Part shown: positions 7,822-14,822 of the stretch, piece by piece | Numbering within the stretch: position 1 is the first letter of the stretch | How the letters are laid out: the number at the start of each line of letters is the position of its first letter | Program-made: the position numbers and the translations under genes | Notes under the pieces: model-generated | Databases searched by the model: none | Told to the model about the DNA's origin: nothing | Seen by the model: only the letters and a program-made list of their open reading frames with translations | Assembly (NCBI RefSeq): GCF_023369805.1 | Contig: NZ_JAMBQG010000012.1 | Coordinates: 146,413 to 178,412 of the forward strand | Direction: 5' to 3' | Source of the DNA: Parabacteroides leei | Lineage (GTDB): Bacteria; Bacteroidota; Bacteroidia; Bacteroidales; Tannerellaceae | Length of the DNA: 32,000 nucleotides

Positions 7822-7829
7822 TAATTTTG
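7822..7829 (+). promoter_or_regulatory. Candidate -7 box TAATTTTG for the acyltransferase gene
   Basis: Matches TAnnTTTG 50 bp upstream of the ATG at 7879. Confidence 0.4.
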
Positions 7830-7878
7830 GAGCTTCATAAGTTACACGTAATAATAATCTAAATAATAAACTCTTATC

Positions 7879-9030
7879 ATGCAAAACATTTCTTCCGCTG
7901 CGTTTACAGACAGTAAACCTCATTACGATCTTCTCGACGGATTAAGAGGAGTTGCAGCACTTTTAGTCGTATGGTATCACGTCTTCGAAGGCTACGCTTT
8001 TGCCGGAGGCACTACCATCGAAAGTATCAATCATGGTTATCTGGCAGTGGATTTCTTCTTTATCCTGTCCGGTTTCGTTATCGGCTATGCGTATGACGAC
8101 CGCTGGTCGAAGACGCTGACCATGAAAGATTTCTTCAAACGCCGTTTGATTCGTCTTCACCCGATGGTTATCATGGGAGCGGTTCTGGGAGTTATCTCTT
8201 TCCTGATTCAAGGCAGTGTAAAATGGGACGGGACACATGTCTCTATCTCCCTGGTCATGTTATCCCTACTTTGTTCATTGTTCTTCATTCCTGCGATACC
8301 GGGAGCCAATTATGAGGTCAGAGGAAATGGTGAAATGTTCCCACTGAACGGTCCCAGCTGGTCGTTGTTCTTCGAGTATATCGGCAATATTCTTTACGCC
8401 CTGTTCATTCGCCGTTTGTCAACCAAAGCATTGACTGTTGTCGTCTTTTTGATGGGAGCGGCACTGGCAGCATTCGCCACCCTCGACGTATCCGGTTACG
8501 GTAACATCGGAGTCGGGTGGACATTGGATGGCGTGAATTTTATAGGCGGATTATTACGCATGCTCTTCCCCTTTTCTATGGGTATGCTTTTATCCCGTAA
8601 CTTCAAACCCATCAAGGTGAGAGGCGCATTCTGGATCTGTTCGATCATACTACTGGGATTGTTCTCTGTACCATTCGTGGAAGGGACAGACCCGATTTCC
8701 ATGAACGGACTTTATGAATCATTTTGTATCATCCTGATTTTCCCTATCCTTATCTGGGTGGGAGCATCGGGAACCACTACCGACACGAAGTCGACAAAGA
8801 TATGTAAATTCTTGGGAGACATTTCTTTTCCGCTTTATATCATACATTATCCTGTGATGTACCTGTTCTATGCCTGGTTGATCGACAAGGAACTTTACAC
8901 GCTCGCAGAAACCTGGCAGGTTGTCTTGTGTGTTTGTGCCTTAAATATAGTTTTGGCTTATTTATGCCTGAAACTATATGACGAACCGGTAAGAAAATGG
9001 CTGAGTAAAAAGTTCCTCGCCAGAAAATAG
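7879..9030 (+). CDS. Acyltransferase family 3 integral membrane protein (O-acyltransferase)
   Basis: 383-aa ORF with about 10 hydrophobic segments. The N-terminal LDGLRGVAALLVVWYH block and the conserved His are typical of PF01757 acyltransferases. Confidence 0.85.
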   Translation: MQNISSAAFTDSKPHYDLLDGLRGVAALLVVWYHVFEGYAFAGGTTIESINHGYLAVDFFFILSGFVIGYAYDDRWSKTLTMKDFFKRRLIRLHPMVIMGAVLGVISFLIQGSVKWDGTHVSISLVMLSLLCSLFFIPAIPGANYEVRGNGEMFPLNGPSWSLFFEYIGNILYALFIRRLSTKALTVVVFLMGAALAAFATLDVSGYGNIGVGWTLDGVNFIGGLLRMLFPFSMGMLLSRNFKPIKVRGAFWICSIILLGLFSVPFVEGTDPISMNGLYESFCIILIFPILIWVGASGTTTDTKSTKICKFLGDISFPLYIIHYPVMYLFYAWLIDKELYTLAETWQVVLCVCALNIVLAYLCLKLYDEPVRKWLSKKFLARK

Positions 9031-9050
9031 GGATAAAAAGAATTAAAGAA

Positions 9051-9136
9051 CGCAGATGACGCAGAAAGCGCAGAATATCGCAGATAAATTAAAAATAAAA
9101 GTCTGCGAGACTCTACACTTTCTGCGTTATCTGTGT
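9051..9136. repeat. CGCAGA-repeat inverted-repeat element (REP-like, probable terminator)
   Basis: CGCAGA occurs at 9051, 9060, 9069 and 9079, a 9-10 bp period. Inverted TCTGCG copies lie at 9102-9107 and 9121-9126. CGCAGATGACGCAGAAAG (9051-9068) pairs with CTTTCTGCGTTATCTGTG (9118-9135) with two mismatches. Confidence 0.6.
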
Positions 9137-9190
9137 CCGGTAATACAAACTTTTAATACATCTCCTTTCGTTTTTTCCGGCTATTTATCG

Positions 9191-9198
9191 TAAGTTTG
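9191..9198 (+). promoter_or_regulatory. Candidate -7 box TAAGTTTG for pepC
   Basis: Matches TAnnTTTG 34 bp upstream of the ATG at 9232. Confidence 0.4.
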
Positions 9199-9231
9199 TG
9201 AACCAATATAAACTTACAAACTAAATATATC

Positions 9232-10632
9232 ATGAAACAAAACAACCTATGGATAACTGCCCTCGCATTGGGTATTACGTTATCCGCCTTCGGACAGCAG
9301 GCCGACAAAGGAATTTCCCAGGAAATGCTGCAACAGATCAAACAATCGTACAAAGGAACTCCTACCGACAAGGCTATCCATAACGCCATCAGTAACAACG
9401 ACATCAATAAGCTGGCAGTAAATGCCGACAGCAAGAACAATTTCGATACTTACTTCTCTAATAAAGTGAACAGTAAAGGTATTACCAACCAGAAATCTTC
9501 CGGCCGTTGCTGGTTATTCACCGGTCTGAACGTTTTCCGTGCACAGGCGATCGCAAAGTACAATATGGGAGATTTCCAGTTCTCGCAGAATTACTCCTTC
9601 TTCTGGGATCAATTGGAAAAAGCCAACCTGTTCCTGCAAGGGATCATCGACACACGCGAAAAGCCGATGGATGACAAAATGGTGGAATGGTTATTCAAAA
9701 ATCCGCTTAGCGACGGAGGACAGTTCACCGGCATATCCGATATCTTAGGTAAATATGGCGTGGTTCCCTCTGACGTAATGGTGGAAACCAATAGTAGCGA
9801 AAGTACGGGAAGAATGGCTAACCTGATCGGCCTTAAATTAAAAGAGTTCGGCCTGCAATTACGCGACCAGTCTGCCAAAGGGGCTAAAGTAGCTGCATTG
9901 GAGAAAGACAAAACTGAAATGTTGGGTACAATTTACCGGATGCTGGTCCTCAACCTGGGTGAACCGCCTACGAAATTCACCTGGACTCGCAAAGATGCAC
10001 AAGGCAATCCGGTTGAAACAAAAGAATATACTCCTAAATCATTTTTCGATGAATATATCGGCAAAGACCTGACAAACAATTATGTCATGCTGATGAACGA
10101 TCCGAGTCGCGAGTATTATAAGCTATATGAGATCGATTTCGACCGTCACCGTTATGACGGAAAGAACTGGACTTACGTAAACCTGCCGATCGAAGAGATC
10201 AAAGAGATGGCTATCGCCTCTATCAAAGACAGTACAATGATGTATTTCTCCTGCGACGTAGGTAAATTCTTCGATCGTGAACGGGGTCTGTTGGATGTGA
10301 ACTATTACGACTACGGTTCACTGATGGGAACGACTTTCGGTATGGATAAAAAACAACGTATCCAAACATTCGCCAGCGGTTCGTCACATGCCATGACCTT
10401 AATGGCTGTCGATCTCGACGCAAACGGTACACCTAAAAAATGGATGGTAGAAAATAGCTGGGGGCCGGGAGCCAACAGTGGCCACCTGATTATGACCGAC
10501 GAATGGTTCAACGAATATATGTTCCGTCTGGTAGTCGAAAAGAAATATATCACCGACAAAGTAAAAGACGTTCTCAAACAAACACCGACCCGCCTTCCGG
10601 CTTGGGACCCGATGTTTACAGACGAAAATTAA
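9232..10632 (+). CDS. pepC: Aminopeptidase C / bleomycin hydrolase-type cysteine peptidase (C1B) with N-terminal signal peptide
   Basis: 466-aa ORF. The catalytic Cys block QKSSGRCWLF, His block SHAMTLMAV and Asn/Trp block ENSWG are present. The N-terminus MKQNNLWITALALGITLSAFGQQ looks like a cleavable signal peptide. Confidence 0.9.
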   Translation: MKQNNLWITALALGITLSAFGQQADKGISQEMLQQIKQSYKGTPTDKAIHNAISNNDINKLAVNADSKNNFDTYFSNKVNSKGITNQKSSGRCWLFTGLNVFRAQAIAKYNMGDFQFSQNYSFFWDQLEKANLFLQGIIDTREKPMDDKMVEWLFKNPLSDGGQFTGISDILGKYGVVPSDVMVETNSSESTGRMANLIGLKLKEFGLQLRDQSAKGAKVAALEKDKTEMLGTIYRMLVLNLGEPPTKFTWTRKDAQGNPVETKEYTPKSFFDEYIGKDLTNNYVMLMNDPSREYYKLYEIDFDRHRYDGKNWTYVNLPIEEIKEMAIASIKDSTMMYFSCDVGKFFDRERGLLDVNYYDYGSLMGTTFGMDKKQRIQTFASGSSHAMTLMAVDLDANGTPKKWMVENSWGPGANSGHLIMTDEWFNEYMFRLVVEKKYITDKVKDVLKQTPTRLPAWDPMFTDEN

Positions 10633-10658
10633 GAATTGTATTGAAGAACGAAGAAAAA

Positions 10659-10697
10659 GAACCCCGGCAGATTATTGGTCTGTCGGGGTTCTTTTAT
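10659..10697. terminator. Bidirectional rho-independent terminator between convergent pepC and the DUF418 gene
   Basis: GAACCCCGGCAG (10659-10670) pairs with CTGTCGGGGTTC (10680-10691). It is flanked by AAGAAAAA upstream and TTTTAT downstream. Confidence 0.75.
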
Positions 10698-10710
10698 CAA
10701 TGTTTCCTAA

Positions 10711-11904
10711 TTACTTCTTTTTATTGTTTCTACTTCCTATCCAGGTCCCTTGTTTCCACAAATACTCCAATGGTCCTTGTTTATGGCGTGACAACCAATA
10801 ACGGCTGAATGCCCATTGAACAGTGAAAATAGACAACCCGATAAGCAAAGTCTCTGTAGCCCCGGTCACACGATACAAACCCAAACCAAATCCATAATAA
10901 ATACATACACCTATAATAGACTGCGAAATATAGTTTGTCAGGCTCATACGTCCATAAGGGATAATAAACTTTTGCCAGTTACACCCATTCTCCTTTTTAA
11001 ACCAAATCAACACAAAGATCGAAACCAAAATTAGCATAAAGGCAAAATTGCTAAGAGATTGTGTTATTATATTATATGGAAGCAATACGGATGGATTACC
11101 TATATGTTCGGGAACAAAAACCCGAAGCAGATAAAGTGGTATGAATGCCAATATACCTATACCTAAGATACGTTTCCAGAAACCAATTGTACGATCACTC
11201 CTTATGAAAGATCCATTACGTCCTAATAACATTCCAAACATAAACAAGGCGGATGTCTGAAACAACCGTCCATTTTCTACCTGCCAGAAGTTACTATATA
11301 ATTGTCCATCCCATATATTACTGCACAAAACCTCCACAAAAGAGCCATTCATAGTCACCCCGGCTACCCGTCCTGAATAGATCATGAATCGATTCCCGAC
11401 AGCTGCATAATCCGGATCTAATAACGCATATAACATTCTGCCCCATTCAAAAGGCTGAAGTAACAAACAAACAGCGATCCAAAAAACAATTTTATCTTTC
11501 AGTTTGCATACCGGAATAAGAACAAAACCTGCAATGGAATAGAGTACCAGGATATCACCATTATAAAATAATGCATGAAGCTGGGCAAACAAAAACAACA
11601 GAACTAACCGCCAGGCAAAACGCCCCCGAAAATCGATCCCTTTTTGTTCCGCATGATAAAACTGAATATAGAAGCTGAAACCAAAAAGCAAGGAGAAAGT
11701 AGCATAAGCCTTTCCACTAAACAGAAAGAAAAAGCTATCCCACATCCATTTGTCCAGCACCTGCAACCAAACCGGCTGAAATTCCGGAATGAAATAAATA
11801 TTATAATGTTCAAGATTATGCAACAACACAATAGCCAACAAAGCAAAACCGCGAAGCGCATCTACTACATTCAGGCGTTCGGATTTTTGAATAGTATGTA
11901 TCAT
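10711..11904 (-). CDS. DUF418/YeiB-like polytopic membrane protein (HGSNAT/acyltransferase-like fold)
   Basis: 397-aa ORF with multiple TM segments. The N-terminal ERLNVVDALRGFALLAIVLLHN block is characteristic of DUF418/DUF1624-type proteins. It lies 43 bp downstream of GH92 on the same strand. Confidence 0.7.
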   Translation of the reverse strand: MIHTIQKSERLNVVDALRGFALLAIVLLHNLEHYNIYFIPEFQPVWLQVLDKWMWDSFFFLFSGKAYATFSLLFGFSFYIQFYHAEQKGIDFRGRFAWRLVLLFLFAQLHALFYNGDILVLYSIAGFVLIPVCKLKDKIVFWIAVCLLLQPFEWGRMLYALLDPDYAAVGNRFMIYSGRVAGVTMNGSFVEVLCSNIWDGQLYSNFWQVENGRLFQTSALFMFGMLLGRNGSFIRSDRTIGFWKRILGIGILAFIPLYLLRVFVPEHIGNPSVLLPYNIITQSLSNFAFMLILVSIFVLIWFKKENGCNWQKFIIPYGRMSLTNYISQSIIGVCIYYGFGLGLYRVTGATETLLIGLSIFTVQWAFSRYWLSRHKQGPLEYLWKQGTWIGSRNNKKK

Positions 11905-11947
11905 TTCTTATTATGTATCAGATATTCAATAGATATAAGTCTTTGTC

Positions 11948-14272
11948 TCATTTTCCCCAATCCGAAGGCTCTGCTCCCATCTGCAATACCAACGTTCCGC
12001 CCTTCATCAGGTCGGCATGCGTCAGATAACATTTATCGTAAGGAATTCCATTTAAAGTAGCCTGCTGAACATATATATTTTCAGGACTATTATTACGAGC
12101 TTCAATCACAAATGTTTTTCCCTCCGCATAGTCCGGATCCAAATTGAAGACGACCTTTTCAAATACCGGACTGGTTATTTCATAACGCTGGTCACCGGGA
12201 CACACCGGATGAATACCACTTGCCGCAAGGACATACCAGGCCGACATCTGTCCAACATCCTCATTACCGACCAATCCCAAGACTGAATTTTTATAAGCAT
12301 TCCGGCAGATATCCCGCGTCCATTTCTGAGTAAGTTCGGGAGCACCCAGACGGTTAAACAGGAACGGCACATGATGAACCGGTTCATTGGCATGGTTATA
12401 ATATTGATTCCAAAGGTAACCTTCGGGAGTTTGTTCAAACATATCCGTCAGATCGGCCAGCACTTTTTCACGCCCCCCCATCATTTGGACCATGCCTTCC
12501 ACATCGTGTGGGATGAACCAACCCTGCTGGTATGCATTACTCTCCGTACAACCATATCCTTCCGCCAGTCTTCCCTCTTCGGGTAAAGGTTGAAATTCTC
12601 CTTTTTCATTACGTGGCCTGAACCAACCATAATCGGTATCATAAATTGTAGAATAGGTCATAGCCCGGCGGTCGAAATATTCCTTATCGGTATCCTTGCC
12701 CAACCATTCCGCCAGACGGGCCATACACCAATCATTGTATGCATATTCCAATGTATGAGAGATGGAACCCGGCGTATATCCATCTTCATTATTACCAAAC
12801 AACCGGGAAGTATTTAAAGCATAACGGTATGCTTTATCTATATCATAAGAACGGATTCCTTTTGAATAGGCGTCACACAAGACGGACAGAGCCGGATTAC
12901 CCAACATACAACCGGAATAAGCATTCAACAATTCCCATCGCTCCAGATATTCGTTTCCACTCTGATCGGCAATCTCCACCAACGAGTTGACCAGGTCATT
13001 GATCAGGGTTGGATTAATAATGGTTTGCAAAGGCATCTGGCTACGGAAAACATCCCATCCGCTAAAAATAGTTCGTTTAGTGAACTGATCCGTCATATGC
13101 GCCTGCTTGTTTGCCCCCATATACTCCCCGTTCACATCACTGCAAATCCTCGGGTCGATCATAGTATGGTAAAGAGCAGTATAAAAGATATGTTTTTCAT
13201 CCTCCGTACCTCCGGTCACAGTTATTTTGGACAGAGCATCGTCCCATAACCGGCGACAGTCAGCCAGTGTTGCGTCAAACTCCCAGGCATTCATTTCCGA
13301 ATGCAGATTCTCTTCCGCATTCTTCATACTGGTAAAAGAAATCCCGCTTTTCATAAGGATCTGTTCTCCTGCATCGGTGTCGAATTCGGCATAAAAGCCC
13401 AAATGCTTTCCGGTCAACGACTTCACATCAGGTAAAACGCGGGCATTCCGGACAACTTCATGATAACGCTCACTCTCGATATCTTCCCGTTTACGTGTCC
13501 ACCCGTCCGGTATGTCGGCCGACCATACGCCATGCGACCGGAAAGGACGTGAAAATTCAGCATAGAAATAGACTGTATAATCAGATTTTCCTGCACCATT
13601 TCCCCAACCGCCACCTTCGGGAGGACATTTCATTTCACCCCTGATCGTATGGTCATTGATCACTTCGATCGCCTGCCAGGTAGAAGTTCCTCCTACCCTG
13701 CGTGCCAGGTCTATTTGTATACGAGCCTCTTTACTCTCCGGGAATGTAAAACGCAACATACCGCTATGAGGGAGAGCCGTAGCTTCGGCTTTTATCTGAT
13801 AATCGGTAAGCATCACAGAGTAATAACCGGCAGAAGCCTTCTCCGATGCTTTATCATACCGGGAACGATAACCGTTATCAGGATCTTCCAACGTTCCCGA
13901 AAAAGTATGCAACTTACCGACTGTCGGCATTACCAATAAATTCCCCAGATCGCCATACCAGCCGATCCCACTCATTTGTGTAAAAGCAAAACCTTCAATA
14001 GAAGTATGTTCATCACTATAACCCGACCCGTTATCACCTCCGGTAATCGTATTAGGACTGAGTTGAACCATACCGAACGGAGAGGTTGCTCCCGGAAAAG
14101 TCTTACCCAAACCATGATATGAACCTCCCGCCTCCATACTGGTCGAAGCTCCGACAAAAGGATTTACGTAAGACGAAAGGGCCTGTTGCGCATCCGGGCC
14201 ATCTTTCACTGAGCTACAAGAAAAAGAAATAACACAGAGAATCAATGAACACAAACTAATCTTTTTTTTCAT
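11948..14272 (-). CDS. GH92 family alpha-mannosidase, lipoprotein
   Basis: 774-aa ORF with a lipoprotein signal (ISFSCS). The conserved blocks FSGWDVFRSQ, TLEYAYNDW and GNEDVGQMSAWYVLAASG are ones I recognise from GH92 alpha-1,2-mannosidase-like enzymes. Confidence 0.9.
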   Translation of the reverse strand: MKKKISLCSLILCVISFSCSSVKDGPDAQQALSSYVNPFVGASTSMEAGGSYHGLGKTFPGATSPFGMVQLSPNTITGGDNGSGYSDEHTSIEGFAFTQMSGIGWYGDLGNLLVMPTVGKLHTFSGTLEDPDNGYRSRYDKASEKASAGYYSVMLTDYQIKAEATALPHSGMLRFTFPESKEARIQIDLARRVGGTSTWQAIEVINDHTIRGEMKCPPEGGGWGNGAGKSDYTVYFYAEFSRPFRSHGVWSADIPDGWTRKREDIESERYHEVVRNARVLPDVKSLTGKHLGFYAEFDTDAGEQILMKSGISFTSMKNAEENLHSEMNAWEFDATLADCRRLWDDALSKITVTGGTEDEKHIFYTALYHTMIDPRICSDVNGEYMGANKQAHMTDQFTKRTIFSGWDVFRSQMPLQTIINPTLINDLVNSLVEIADQSGNEYLERWELLNAYSGCMLGNPALSVLCDAYSKGIRSYDIDKAYRYALNTSRLFGNNEDGYTPGSISHTLEYAYNDWCMARLAEWLGKDTDKEYFDRRAMTYSTIYDTDYGWFRPRNEKGEFQPLPEEGRLAEGYGCTESNAYQQGWFIPHDVEGMVQMMGGREKVLADLTDMFEQTPEGYLWNQYYNHANEPVHHVPFLFNRLGAPELTQKWTRDICRNAYKNSVLGLVGNEDVGQMSAWYVLAASGIHPVCPGDQRYEITSPVFEKVVFNLDPDYAEGKTFVIEARNNSPENIYVQQATLNGIPYDKCYLTHADLMKGGTLVLQMGAEPSDWGK

Positions 14273-14298
14273 AATGCTACCGATTGATAAGAATGAAG

Positions 14299-14306
14299 CA
14301 AAGATA
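14299..14306 (-). promoter_or_regulatory. Candidate -7 box TATCTTTG for GH92
   Basis: The plus strand reads CAAAGATA, which is TAnnTTTG on the minus strand, 27 bp upstream of the ATG at 14272. Confidence 0.4.
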
Positions 14307-14475
14307 GTATTTTATCTCTAACACTCTATTCCTCTTTTCTGTATTCAATGTGTTTACCATATTATCATTAAATAAACATCCATTCTTATCTGATGTGAGT
14401 CAAAAGAATGGAACACCTAACAAAAACAACGAATAACTTTTTTTGTTTTTATTTGCTTTATCCAACACTTCTCCA

Positions 14476-14483
14476 TATTTTTG
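14476..14483 (+). promoter_or_regulatory. Candidate -7 box TATTTTTG for the PUL-1 susC transcript
   Basis: This is the only exact TAnnTTTG match on the plus strand in the 550-bp gap. It implies a leader of about 330 nt. Confidence 0.35.
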
Positions 14484-14557
14484 TTGTCGTACACACAGGT
14501 AAAGAGTTATCGGTCTGTACATTTTATTGATTACGGAAGCGTTTTAAAGATATTATC

Positions 14558-14777
14558 CTAATTGGAAACTTCGACACTTTTCAATGTAGCTGGATAATAG
14601 ACAACTAAAACGCTCACGTACCTTTCCTTGTTATATCTACTCATAGGCATTACCGTATAGTTATGTCAATATGGATGTACAAGATAAAAGGGCGTGAGTT
14701 GTTGTTTATATCAGCTACAGGGCAGTCGAAGGCCTCCAATTAGATATATCAACAATCCTCACGCCTCCTTTATTTTG
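14558..14777 (+). promoter_or_regulatory. Structured leader element: a 186-nt imperfect hairpin overlapping an alternative terminator-like hairpin plus U-tract
   Basis: Hairpin A pairs 14558-14566/14735-14743, 14569-14575/14725-14731, 14585-14592/14712-14719, 14601-14605/14701-14705, 14613-14618/14693-14698 and 14627-14631/14679-14683. Hairpin B pairs 14691-14698/14758-14765, 14699-14704/14750-14755 and 14707-14712/14743-14748, and is followed by CCTTTATTTTG (14767-14777). Folded by eye. Confidence 0.5.
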
Positions 14778-14822
14778 TAACCATCCACTCCGGGGATTGA
14801 TGGATACCTTATTTGTAGCAAT

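Noticed and set aside
9051-9084. A CRISPR-like impression from the regularly spaced CGCAGA units
   Set aside because: The units are 6 bp with 3-4 bp spacers, far too short for CRISPR repeats and spacers. No cas genes are present. It is an inverted-repeat REP-like element.
14408-14530. 40-codon ORF (MEHLTKTTNNFFCFYLLYPTLLHIFVVVHTGKELSVCTFY) in the GH92/susC gap
   Set aside because: It spans the candidate promoter box and consists of T-rich codons from an AT-rich spacer. Nothing supports its translation or conservation.
14558-14743. Possible invertible promoter (inverton) upstream of susC, flanked by CTAATTGGA..CTTCGAC and GTCGAAG..TCCAATTAG
   Set aside because: Complementarity continues through the whole segment rather than only at the ends. 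No TAnnTTTG box occurs inside it on either strand. No site-specific recombinase gene lies in the window. A trans-acting invertase cannot be excluded, and read-pair orientation analysis (PhaseFinder) would settle it.
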